Assembly: GCA_031367285.1 (NCBI GenBank)
Contig: JANLPN010000392.1
Location: 197-64,196, forward strand
Direction of reading: 5' to 3'
DNA length: 64,000 bases
From: Betaproteobacteria bacterium
Lineage (GTDB): Bacteria > Pseudomonadota > Gammaproteobacteria > Burkholderiales > Burkholderiaceae_C
A program made the translations under genes and the position numbers. Shown piece by piece: positions 27,431 through 36,269 of the stretch; the first letter of the stretch is position 1, and every line of letters begins with the position of its first letter. The notes under the pieces are model-generated. The model was not told where the DNA came from. It did no database searches and saw only the letters and a program-made list of their open reading frames with translations.

Positions 27431-28434
27431 ATACGCCGCGAACAAGTTCGCGCGGGGTGTGGCAGGAACTCGCCGGCAGGTTGGCCGCCGGGGCGCCGGC
27501 CGGCCCCGGCCAGGGACTGCAAACCGTGTCCGCGGGTCTGCAGCGCCCCGAATGCGTGCTTACGCATTCTTCAGGTAATCTGTTTGTGTCGGACCGGCGC
27601 GGCGGTGTGCTGAAAATCCGACCGGACGGCAGCCAGCAACTGAGCGGTACCTCGGCCCTGTTGCCCAACGGGATCGCCATGCAGCGCGACGGCGGTTTCC
27701 TGGTCGCCAATCTGGGCGAGGGCGGCGGCGTGTGGCGCATTGCGCCGGATGGTGCCGCGTCGCCCTGGATGAGCGAAGTTGAGGGACGCGGCATGGCGCG
27801 TGTGAACTTTGTGGCCAATGACGCCGCTGGCCGCGTGTGGGCCTGTATCAGCGCCACCGATGGCAGCGACAAATACCCGCTGCGCAGCGCAAGCGGCAGC
27901 ATTGTGTTGCGCGACGCGGCGGGCACCCGGGTGGTTGCCGACGGCTTGCACTACACCAATGAATGCCGTGTCAGCGCCGACGGCGGGTTCATGTACGTGA
28001 ACGAAACCTTCGGTCGCCGGTTGTCGCGCTTTCGCATCGCTGAAAACGGTGCACTGAAAGACCGGGAAACGGTGGCCAGCTTTGGCGCCGGCGACTTCCC
28101 CGACGGTTTGACGCTGGACGCCGAAGGCGGTGCCTGGGTGGTGTGTGTCGGCAGCAACCGCGTCTACCGGATCGCGCCCGACGGCGAGAAGCAGACCATC
28201 ATCGACGATGCCGTGGCCGCCACCGCAGCGGAGCTGGAGTCGGCCTTCGAGGCCGGCACGCTCGACCGGCCGCAACTGTCGGCCGCGCGCGGACACCGCC
28301 TGTCCAACGTGACCTCGCTGGCGTTCGGCGGGCCGGACCTGCGCACCGCGTACATGGGCTGCCTGGCCGGCGACTCGCTGGCGAGTTTTCGCTCGCCGGT
28401 GGCGGGTCTGGCGCCCGCGCACTGGAACTGGTAA
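27427..28434 (+). CDS. SMP-30/gluconolactonase/LRE-family beta-propeller (probable lactonase)
   Basis: RPECV, PNGIA, YTNECRVS, PDGLTLDAEGGAWV, TSLAFGGPDLRTAY. Confidence 0.87.
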   Translation: MNTPRTSSRGVWQELAGRLAAGAPAGPGQGLQTVSAGLQRPECVLTHSSGNLFVSDRRGGVLKIRPDGSQQLSGTSALLPNGIAMQRDGGFLVANLGEGGGVWRIAPDGAASPWMSEVEGRGMARVNFVANDAAGRVWACISATDGSDKYPLRSASGSIVLRDAAGTRVVADGLHYTNECRVSADGGFMYVNETFGRRLSRFRIAENGALKDRETVASFGAGDFPDGLTLDAEGGAWVVCVGSNRVYRIAPDGEKQTIIDDAVAATAAELESAFEAGTLDRPQLSAARGHRLSNVTSLAFGGPDLRTAYMGCLAGDSLASFRSPVAGLAPAHWNW

Positions 28435-28454
28435 CGGGCCAACAAGGAGACTGC

Positions 28455-29219
28455 ATGTCCAACGAAGTCCTGGTGGAACACATCGACGGCATGGTGATCG
28501 TCACGATCAACCGGCCCGAGCAGAAAAACGCGGTCAACCGCGCCGTCTCGTATGGCGTGTGCGAGGCTCTTGACGAGATGGACCACCGCAATGACCTGCG
28601 CATCGGCATCCTGACCGGTGCCGGAGGCACCTTCTGCGCCGGCATGGACCTCAAGGCCTTTTTGCGCGGCGAGGTGACACGGGTCAAGGGTAGGGGCATT
28701 CTGGGCATAGCACTGACACCGCCGCGCAAACCGCTGATTGCCGCCGTGGAAGGTTACGCGCTGGCCGGGGGGTTTGAATCGGTACTCGCCTGCGACCTGG
28801 TGGTGGCGGCGCGGGATGCAAAGTTCGGGCTGCCCGAGGTGAAGCGCGGACTCGCCGCCGCCGCCGGCGGGCTGATGCGGCTGCCGCGGCTGATACCGCA
28901 GCGTATCGCCATGGAGGCGGCGCTCACTGGCGACATGATGGGGGCCGAGCGGCTGTACCAGTACGGCCTGATCAATGCCCTGGTGGAGCCGGGTCAGGCG
29001 CTGGAAGAAGCCAAGAAGCTGGCCCGGCGCATCCTGGCCAATGCTCCGCTGGCGGTGGCCGCGAGCAAGCAAGTGATCATCGAACAGCGCGACTGGCCCA
29101 TCGCCGATATGTTCGCGCGCCAGGAGTCTATTACCGGCCATCTGTTGAAAAGCGCCGATGCACGCGAGGGCGCCAGCGCTTTCGCGGAGCGTCGTGCGCC
29201 GGTATGGAAAGGCGAGTGA
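28455..29219 (+). CDS. Enoyl-CoA hydratase/isomerase (crotonase)
   Basis: AAGGAGA RBS; TINRPEQKNA, FCAGMDLK, AVEGYALAGGFE, FGLPEVKRGL. Confidence 0.94.
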   Translation: MSNEVLVEHIDGMVIVTINRPEQKNAVNRAVSYGVCEALDEMDHRNDLRIGILTGAGGTFCAGMDLKAFLRGEVTRVKGRGILGIALTPPRKPLIAAVEGYALAGGFESVLACDLVVAARDAKFGLPEVKRGLAAAAGGLMRLPRLIPQRIAMEAALTGDMMGAERLYQYGLINALVEPGQALEEAKKLARRILANAPLAVAASKQVIIEQRDWPIADMFARQESITGHLLKSADAREGASAFAERRAPVWKGE

Positions 29220-29451
29220 GGCGCCTCCCCACGGGATCGGCGTGCCGGGCAAGCACTCCACCAAAGGTGCATTGAAGCAAGGATCATTCCAGCCCTGAAG
29301 AAACACGGCGAAAAAATGTAGTTGGCTACCGCTAAAACCAAAGTTATACTCGCAAGAATTTACAAGTACTTGCACGAACTTCGTGCATTGGTTCAGTTGG
29401 GGGCCGCAAGGCTGCAAACTTTTACGCGTTTGGCAAACAGGAGACACCACG

Positions 29452-29916
29452 ATGAGCGTCAGATTCCAGATCAATGGCAAGTCAGTGAAAGCCGATGCGG
29501 CGCCGGATACCCCGTTGTTGTGGGTGATTCGGGATGAACTGGGCCTGACCGGCACCAAATTTGGCTGTGGCGCTGCGTTATGCGGTGCCTGTACCGTGCA
29601 TCTGGATGGCAAGCCGGTGCGCTCCTGCCAGACGCCGCTGGCAAGTGTCGCCGGCAAGAAGGTCGCCACCGTGGAGAGCCTGTCCAGGAACAACACACAC
29701 CCGCTGCAGGTCGCCTGGATAAAACACGACGTGCCCCAGTGCGGGTATTGCCAGTCGGGTCAACTCATGAGCGCGGCCGCGTTGCTGACGACAAACCGCA
29801 ACCCCAGCGATGCGGATATCGACGCCGCGATGGGTGGAAACATTTGTCGCTGCGGAACCTACCCGCGTATCAAGGCCGCCATCAAGGATGCGGCCTCCAC
29901 CATGCGCAACGCTTGA
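29452..29916 (+). CDS. 2x[2Fe-2S] small subunit of an isoquinoline/aldehyde oxidoreductase (IorA-like)
   Basis: GTKFGCG...[20 protein letters not shown]. Confidence 0.93.
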   Translation: MSVRFQINGKSVKADAAPDTPLLWVIRDELGLTGTKFGCGAALCGACTVHLDGKPVRSCQTPLASVAGKKVATVESLSRNNTHPLQVAWIKHDVPQCGYCQSGQLMSAAALLTTNRNPSDADIDAAMGGNICRCGTYPRIKAAIKDAASTMRNA

Positions 29917-29927
29917 GGAGCACGAAC

Positions 29928-32051
29928 ATGACAAGCTCACGCCGCGACTTTTTGAAGAGCACCACGATCGCCGGGGGCGGTTTGCTGATAGGGTTTGCGC
30001 TGCCTGGGTCGCCCTTGCACGCCGCAGGCACGGTGTACACCCCGAATGCGTGGGTGCACATCGCGGACGACAACACCATCACGCTGATTTCCGCGCGCTC
30101 GGAGATGGGGCAAGGGGTGTACACGTCGATGCCGATGCTGATAGCCGAAGAACTCAACGTCGAGATCAGCCAGATCAAGGTGGACATTGCGCCGCCGGGC
30201 AAGGCCTACGTCAACGCCCTGATTGGAGCCCAGATCACGGGTGGCTCGACCTCGGTGCGCGAAGGCTGGGAAAGGCTGCGGCTCGGCGGAGCACAGGTGC
30301 GCGAGATGTTGATCAGCGCGGCTGCCGACAAATGGGGAGTTGACCGTGCGGGCCTGCGGGCTGAAAAAGGCATGGTGCTGGGCCCCAACGGTCGCACGGC
30401 CACTTACGGACAGTTGGCGGAAGCAGCGGCCAAACTGCCGGTGCCTGAAAAAGTCGCGTTGAAAAATCCGGCGGACTTCAAGATAGTGGGCAAACGCACG
30501 CGGCGGCTGGATACACCGGCCAAGGTCAACGGCACGGCCGAGTTCGGTATTGACGTGCGGCTTCCAGGTATGGCATATGCCAGCATCGAGCAGTGCCCGG
30601 TGATCGGCGGCAAGGTCAAGAGCTACGACGCGTCTGCCGCCAAAGGCATGCCCGGTGTGATTGACGTGGTGCAGATCGGTGACGGCGTGGCGGTAGTCGC
30701 CAGCAGTTACTGGCAGGCCCAGAAAGCCCGTAAGGCAGTAACCGTGCAATGGGACGAAGGCGCCGGTGCGGCGCTGGACCACGCCAAGGCGCTGGCCACG
30801 ACACGGGCGGCGGCCGAGAATGACACGCCGTTGGTGGTCGGAAAACCGCAGGGCGATGTCACGCAAGCCCTGGGCGGCGCGGCAAAAACCATAGAGGCTG
30901 AATACATTACGCACATGGTGGCGCATGCCCCCATGGAGCCGATGAATTTCACCGCCAGCTTCAAGGACGGCAAATGCCTGCTGGTCGGTCCAACGCAATT
31001 CCAGCAGGGCGCCCAAGGGGCAGTCTCGGCCGCACTGGGTATCAAGCCGGAAGATATCACGCTTAGAACGACCTTCCTCGGTGGTGGGTTCGGCCGGCGG
31101 CTGGAACTCGACTTTATCGTGCAGGCAGCCCAGATATCCAAGGCCGTGGGGCGGCCCGTCAAGCTGGTGTGGTCGCGCGAAGACGACATGACCCACGACT
31201 TCTACCGGCCTATGGGCGTGCACAAGATGAAAGCCGGGGTGGATGCACAAGGGAACCCGGTTGCATTGCATTTCAAGGTCGCCTCCCAGTCCGTTACACA
31301 GCGCCTGTTTGGCACACCCAAAAACGTGGTGGATGGTGCCATGGTCGAAGCAGCGGTGGCGGCTTATGAAATCCCCAACACGCGGCACGAACTGGTGATC
31401 CATGATTCCGGTATGCGGGTTGGTTACTGGCGTGCCGTGAGTCACAACATGAACACTTTCGCCAACGAAAGCTTCATCGACGAACTTGCGCTCGCGGCCG
31501 GCAAAGACCCGTACCAGTACCGCATGGCGCTGCTGAAAAACCACCCGCGTCAACTCAACGTGCTAAAACTGGCCGCCGAGGCCTCTGGGTGGGGCCAGCC
31601 TCTGCCAGCCGGGCGTGGGCGCGGCATCGCGGTGGTCGAGGCCTATGGAACATTCATGGCGCAGGTGGCCGAAGTCACCGTGACCAAGGGCGAACTGACG
31701 GTGCAGCGGGTAACGGTCGTGGCCGATCTGGGACACATGGTCAACCCGGATACGGTCGAAGCGCAAATCCAGTCCAGCATCGTGTTCGGAATGTCCGCGG
31801 GCTTGATGCAAGAGATCACGTTGAAGGATGGGCGCGTACAGCAGACCAATTTCCACGACCACCCGGTGCTGCGCATGCACGAGGTACCCAAGATCGACAT
31901 CGTGCTGGTCAAGAGCACGGAAAACCCCGGTGGTATCGGCGAGCCGGCCACCGCGCTGGTTGTCCCGGCAATTGCCAATGCCGTGGCGGCCGCCACCGGT
32001 AAGCGGGTGCGCAAACTTCCGATTACCGCGCAGGCTATTGCGCTGGCCTGA
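29928..32051 (+). CDS. Molybdopterin-binding large subunit (IorB-like), Tat signal
   Basis: SRRDFLK; EMGQGVYT, TGGSTS, LGGGFGRR, WRAV...FANESFIDELA, GGIGEP. Confidence 0.93.
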   Translation: MTSSRRDFLKSTTIAGGGLLIGFALPGSPLHAAGTVYTPNAWVHIADDNTITLISARSEMGQGVYTSMPMLIAEELNVEISQIKVDIAPPGKAYVNALIGAQITGGSTSVREGWERLRLGGAQVREMLISAAADKWGVDRAGLRAEKGMVLGPNGRTATYGQLAEAAAKLPVPEKVALKNPADFKIVGKRTRRLDTPAKVNGTAEFGIDVRLPGMAYASIEQCPVIGGKVKSYDASAAKGMPGVIDVVQIGDGVAVVASSYWQAQKARKAVTVQWDEGAGAALDHAKALATTRAAAENDTPLVVGKPQGDVTQALGGAAKTIEAEYITHMVAHAPMEPMNFTASFKDGKCLLVGPTQFQQGAQGAVSAALGIKPEDITLRTTFLGGGFGRRLELDFIVQAAQISKAVGRPVKLVWSREDDMTHDFYRPMGVHKMKAGVDAQGNPVALHFKVASQSVTQRLFGTPKNVVDGAMVEAAVAAYEIPNTRHELVIHDSGMRVGYWRAVSHNMNTFANESFIDELALAAGKDPYQYRMALLKNHPRQLNVLKLAAEASGWGQPLPAGRGRGIAVVEAYGTFMAQVAEVTVTKGELTVQRVTVVADLGHMVNPDTVEAQIQSSIVFGMSAGLMQEITLKDGRVQQTNFHDHPVLRMHEVPKIDIVLVKSTENPGGIGEPATALVVPAIANAVAAATGKRVRKLPITAQAIALA

Positions 32052-32174
32052 ATCAGGGCCGCGCCCCTCAAGGTTCTGCCGTCAGAGATCGCCTGACGTG
32101 TCGACAACTCAGGGATGAAGCATGGGCACGCTTTGCCGACTCCGCTGCCGTTTAGGCAACAAGCCCTTCGCTCT

Positions 32175-32277
32175 GGCTGTACCAGCGGGGCCTGATCCAT
32201 ACCCTGGTGGAGCCGGGGCAGGCGCTCGAAGAAGCCAACAAGCTGGCCCGGCGCATCTAGGCAACGCCCCGCTGGCG
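32175..32277 (+). pseudogene. About 100-bp degenerate copy of an internal enoyl-CoA hydratase segment
   Basis: Closely matches 28951-29054. Reads LYQRGLIHTLVEPGQALEEANKLARRI* versus LYQYGLINALVEPGQALEEAKKLARRIL. Confidence 0.82.
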
Positions 32278-32309
32278 CAAAGCGCGAACCAACACGAACG
32301 AGGCACGAC

Positions 32310-34040
32310 ATGAAACGACTTCTTCCAATTGCAAGCGCGGTTGCCGCCGGTCTGCTGGTGGCCTGTGCAAACCCTGACCCACCACGTCTGATGGCAGAAG
32401 CAAAGAGCTGCGCGGCGGCCGCGGCCGCGGTTGCAGCCGACAACCCGGTGCGCGGTACGACCTTGCGTATCACCAAGTCGGAAGAACAGGCCGCGACGTC
32501 CGAGGTCAAGGCGCACTGCCTGGTCGAAGGCGCCATGAACGAACGCATCAGCGCGGTCGATGGGCGGCCCTACGCGATGAAGTTCCGCATGCGCATGCCG
32601 CAACCGCAGGACTGGAACGGCAAGTACTTCATGCAAAGTGTTGGTGGTTTCGTGGGCATCGTCGACACCGGGTTTGGCTGGTACTACGGAATGATCGACA
32701 ACGCGTTCTCGCGTGGCTACGCCGTGATCGTTCAGGACGCCGGGCACGACAACGCAGTCAACTCCGATCCCAACGCCGGCGGCCCGTCGGCCTTTGCGCG
32801 CGACCCGCAGGCGCGCATCGACTTCGGGCACAACTCGTACGACGTGGTTGCGCGCGCCGGCAAGGCGATCGTGAGCACGTATTACGCGAAAGCGCCGGCG
32901 CATTCCTATTTCCTGTCTTGCTCCGACGGCGGCCGCCAGGCGGTGGGCATAGCGCAGCGGTATCCCACGGTCTTCGATGGAATCGTTGCGGGGGCTCCAG
33001 CCATGAGCATCCCGTACATGAGCGCCTACGTGCCGCTTATCGTACAGACGCTTGCGCCTCTGGCGGAACGCGCCGGACACAGGGATGCCAACGGCAGGCC
33101 GTTATTCAACCGGATCTACACCGACGCCGATTTCCAGCTGGTGTCGAATGCCGTGCTCGAGGCTTGCGACGGCCTGGACGGCCTGAAAGACGGCATCGCC
33201 AACAATATCGCCGCCTGCACGGATGCCGTGGTGGTGCCCAAGCTCACCGCGTTGACTTGCCAGGGCGCCAAAACTTCAAGCTGCCTGGCGGCTGATCAGA
33301 TCAGCGCCTTGCGTACCCTGATGGCTGGTCCCAAGACGTCTACCGGCGCGCAGCTTTATCCGGGCCAGGCCTGGGACCCGGGAATTGGCGGGATGAACGC
33401 CGGTGCGTTCAACCAGGAGTTCCGCAGGCAATGGTTTGGTACCTATGACTCACCGACCAACAACTCGACCAAGATGACGATCAGCGCGCCTCAGGCCATG
33501 ATGGTCTGGAAGACGCCGCCGACCCCGATGACGATTCCGCAGGCGATCGACTTCTTCATGAAGTACAACCTCGACGACACCGAAGCCAGCATCACGCGCA
33601 CCAACGACGTCTACAAGCAGTCGGTGGTCGAATGGGGCCTCATGAACTCGCCCGATCTGTCCGGCTTCAAACGACGCGGGGGAAAGATGATTGCCTGGAT
33701 CGGCAACGCCGACGCCGCGGTCAGCGCCAAGGAAACCATCGGCTGGTACAACCAGGTCAATGATCGCGAAGGCGGCAAGGCGTCCGACTTTCTAAAACTC
33801 TTCGTGGTTCCCGGAATGGCCCACTGCACGGGGGGCATGGCAACCGACCGTTTCGACATGCTCACCGCGCTGGAGGCCTGGGTCGAACGTGGCAACCTGG
33901 ACAGCGTTCCGGCAGAGGCCTCCAAGCCCGGGTTTTTCGGGGTAGCAAGCCGCACCCGCCCGTTGTGCCCTTACCCCAAGTACGCGCACTACAACGGCTC
34001 GGGCGACATCAATGTGGCGGCCAGCTTTACATGCAAGTAG
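32310..34040 (+). CDS. Tannase/feruloyl esterase-family lipoprotein, MHETase-like
   Basis: Lipobox LVAC (Cys19); CS-D-HC catalytic set Cys204-Ser205, Asp468, His505-Cys506; GHDNAVN, DPQAR, DGIVAGAP, TDRFDMLT, RTRPLCPYP. Confidence 0.92.
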   Translation: MKRLLPIASAVAAGLLVACANPDPPRLMAEAKSCAAAAAAVAADNPVRGTTLRITKSEEQAATSEVKAHCLVEGAMNERISAVDGRPYAMKFRMRMPQPQDWNGKYFMQSVGGFVGIVDTGFGWYYGMIDNAFSRGYAVIVQDAGHDNAVNSDPNAGGPSAFARDPQARIDFGHNSYDVVARAGKAIVSTYYAKAPAHSYFLSCSDGGRQAVGIAQRYPTVFDGIVAGAPAMSIPYMSAYVPLIVQTLAPLAERAGHRDANGRPLFNRIYTDADFQLVSNAVLEACDGLDGLKDGIANNIAACTDAVVVPKLTALTCQGAKTSSCLAADQISALRTLMAGPKTSTGAQLYPGQAWDPGIGGMNAGAFNQEFRRQWFGTYDSPTNNSTKMTISAPQAMMVWKTPPTPMTIPQAIDFFMKYNLDDTEASITRTNDVYKQSVVEWGLMNSPDLSGFKRRGGKMIAWIGNADAAVSAKETIGWYNQVNDREGGKASDFLKLFVVPGMAHCTGGMATDRFDMLTALEAWVERGNLDSVPAEASKPGFFGVASRTRPLCPYPKYAHYNGSGDINVAASFTCK

Positions 34041-34063
34041 CGGCTTGCCGGGTTTCGCAATGG

Positions 34064-36148
34064 ATGGCGGCGCAGCTGCCAACCGCGGTGGCGCTGGCCA
34101 TTGGTTCACTCTGCGCCAGCTGCGTGAACGCCCAGGCGCTGGAGCCCGTAGTGGTGTCCGCCTCTCGCGCGCAGCAGCGCAGCTTCGATGCGCCGGCCGC
34201 CATTCAATTGGTTGATCGCGCAGCGATAGAGAACGCCGGGCCACAGGTCAACCTGTCGGAGTCGCTGAATCGGGTGCCCGGCCTGACGATACTCAACCGG
34301 CAAAACTACGCGCAGGATCTGCAGGTTTCCATCCGTGGTTTTGGCGCCCGGTCAGCGTTTGGCATCCGGGGCATCCGCATACTGGTGGATGGCATTCCCG
34401 CCACAACACCGGACGGCCAGGGGCAGGGTTCGTCGATCAGTTTGACGTCAACGGATCGCATCGAAGTCTTGCGGGGTCCGCTGGCGCAGTTGTATGGCAA
34501 TTCGGCCGGTGGCGTGATCCAGGCATTTACCCGCAGCGCCCCTGAACAGCCGGAATTCGGCGCGCAGGCTTACGTTGGCTCCTACGGCATGCGCCGCGGC
34601 GACTTGCAGTATGCCGGACGTATCGGTGCCTATGGCGTGGTGGCCGACTACAGCACGTTTGACACCAACGGGTACCGGGACAACAGCAACACCGAGCGCC
34701 GACAGTTCAACGGCAAGCTGAACTTCAATGCAGGCGAAAGCACCAGCGTCAACCTGGTCTACAACCGCTTCGACATGCCAATGGCACAGGATCCGCTTGG
34801 GCTCACTGCCGCCCAGATGGCCGCCAATCCGTCGCAGGCAGGCAACAATGCCACCAGTCGAAGGACGCGCAAAGCGGTACTACAGGATCAGCTTGGCGGC
34901 TCGCTGGTCCACACCATCGATGCGGAGCGCTCGCTCACCGCCCGCCTTTATTACGGAACCCGCGATAACCTGCAATACCAGACCGGCCTCGCGGCATCCA
35001 CCGGGGCATGGGTCGGGCTGGATCGAAGCTATTACGGTACCGGCCTCCAATACAACCAGCAAGGGCAAATTGGCGGTCGGCGCGTGACTTGGGCGGCAGG
35101 TTACGAGTTTGACCGATCCCGGGAAACGCGCCAGGGCGGCGTTGCGGCATTGGGCGAGAAAAAGTCCACCACCCGCAACGAAGATAACCAGGCCGAAAAC
35201 AGCGATCTTTTTATCCAGGCAACGGCCCTGGTATCGGACCAGCTGTCGATGGTGGCCGGCCTGCGCTACAGCACGGTCCGCTTCGCCAGCCATGACCACT
35301 ACCTGAGCGATGGAGACGGCTCGGGTTCGACCAGCTTCCGGGCCACCAGTCCGGTGCTGGGGCTGACCTACCATGCCAGCGACGATCTCAATCTGTATGC
35401 CAATTACGGCAAGGGGTTCGAGAGCCCCACGCTGGCCGAGGTGGCCTACCGTGGCGCGGGCACACCGGCATTCAACACCACCCTGAATGCGTCCAGCAGC
35501 CAGCACTATGAATTGGGTGCGAAGTGGCTGCCCGATCCGCAATCCCGGCTGGACTTCACCTTGTTCCGGATCGCGTCACGCGATGAACTGGTGGTGGCCA
35601 GCAGCAGCGGCGGGAATTCCACCTTCAAAAACGCGCCGGGGACAACAAGAACCGGATCGGAGCTTTCCGGCAATACCTTGTTGACGCCGCACTTGCGTGC
35701 CACGGTGGCAGCGTCCCGGATCAGCGCGACGTTCTCGCGTGCTTTCACCAGTGGCGCGAACAGCGTAGCGTCAGGCAACAAAATCCCGGGCATTCCGCAA
35801 AGCTTTGTGTTTGCGGAGGTCCTGTGGAGCGGACCGAAGATGGACGGCGGCGGCATAAAAGATGCCGGCCTTGGGAGCCAGGCCGGCATCGAATTCACCC
35901 GCGCCGGAAGACTGTATGCCAACGACACCAATACGGCCTCTGCCGATGGCTACAGCAGCGTGAATGCCAAACTCAGCCATGGCTGGAAGCTGGGCTCCGG
36001 CAGTCTGACGGCCTATACGCGCGTCGACAACCTGGCCAACAAACGTTACGCGGGCTCGGTGATTGTCAACCAGGCGGCGGCGCAGTACTACGAGCCGGCG
36101 TCCGGAAGAAACTGGACGCTTGGGCTTCGAATGGTGTTGCCACTGTGA
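34064..36148 (+). CDS. yncD: TonB-dependent receptor, YncD/PqqU family (candidate PQQ importer)
   Basis: Plug NLSESL..VPGL...NRQNYAQDLQVSIRGFG.RS.FGIRGIR..VDGIPAT.PDGQGQ matches the recalled YncD/PqqU sequence. Start approximate. Confidence 0.8.
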   Translation: MAAQLPTAVALAIGSLCASCVNAQALEPVVVSASRAQQRSFDAPAAIQLVDRAAIENAGPQVNLSESLNRVPGLTILNRQNYAQDLQVSIRGFGARSAFGIRGIRILVDGIPATTPDGQGQGSSISLTSTDRIEVLRGPLAQLYGNSAGGVIQAFTRSAPEQPEFGAQAYVGSYGMRRGDLQYAGRIGAYGVVADYSTFDTNGYRDNSNTERRQFNGKLNFNAGESTSVNLVYNRFDMPMAQDPLGLTAAQMAANPSQAGNNATSRRTRKAVLQDQLGGSLVHTIDAERSLTARLYYGTRDNLQYQTGLAASTGAWVGLDRSYYGTGLQYNQQGQIGGRRVTWAAGYEFDRSRETRQGGVAALGEKKSTTRNEDNQAENSDLFIQATALVSDQLSMVAGLRYSTVRFASHDHYLSDGDGSGSTSFRATSPVLGLTYHASDDLNLYANYGKGFESPTLAEVAYRGAGTPAFNTTLNASSSQHYELGAKWLPDPQSRLDFTLFRIASRDELVVASSSGGNSTFKNAPGTTRTGSELSGNTLLTPHLRATVAASRISATFSRAFTSGANSVASGNKIPGIPQSFVFAEVLWSGPKMDGGGIKDAGLGSQAGIEFTRAGRLYANDTNTASADGYSSVNAKLSHGWKLGSGSLTAYTRVDNLANKRYAGSVIVNQAAAQYYEPASGRNWTLGLRMVLPL

Positions 36149-36269
36149 CGTCGTGTCCAGCATCCAATGGCCGGAAAGCTGGGAGATGCCAAGGGTTTAC
36201 CCTAGTAGATTATTCTTGGACGCATGATGCAATACTCACGCGTAAGTTTTTAACCCGAAAGGAAGACAA

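Noticed and set aside
25256-27445. 729-aa minus-strand ORF, and similar long antisense ORFs at 7939-9552, 29937-31553, 39942-41474 and 28164-29696
   Set aside because: They mirror well-supported plus-strand genes and carry no independent protein signatures.
29364-29373. CAAGTACTTG palindrome resembling the KstR2 operator core
   Set aside because: Single occurrence with mismatched flanks. The TACT-N4-AGTA motif explains the island better.
32310-34040. Claim that this locus degrades PET or terephthalate
   Set aside because: No PETase-like cutinase or tph dioxygenase genes are in the window and several pocket residues differ. Only family-level similarity is supported.
36110-36148. TonB receptor ending in Leu instead of Phe as a sign of pseudogenisation
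   Set aside because: The ORF is full length with an intact plug and alternating terminal strand. Terminal residue variation alone is insufficient.
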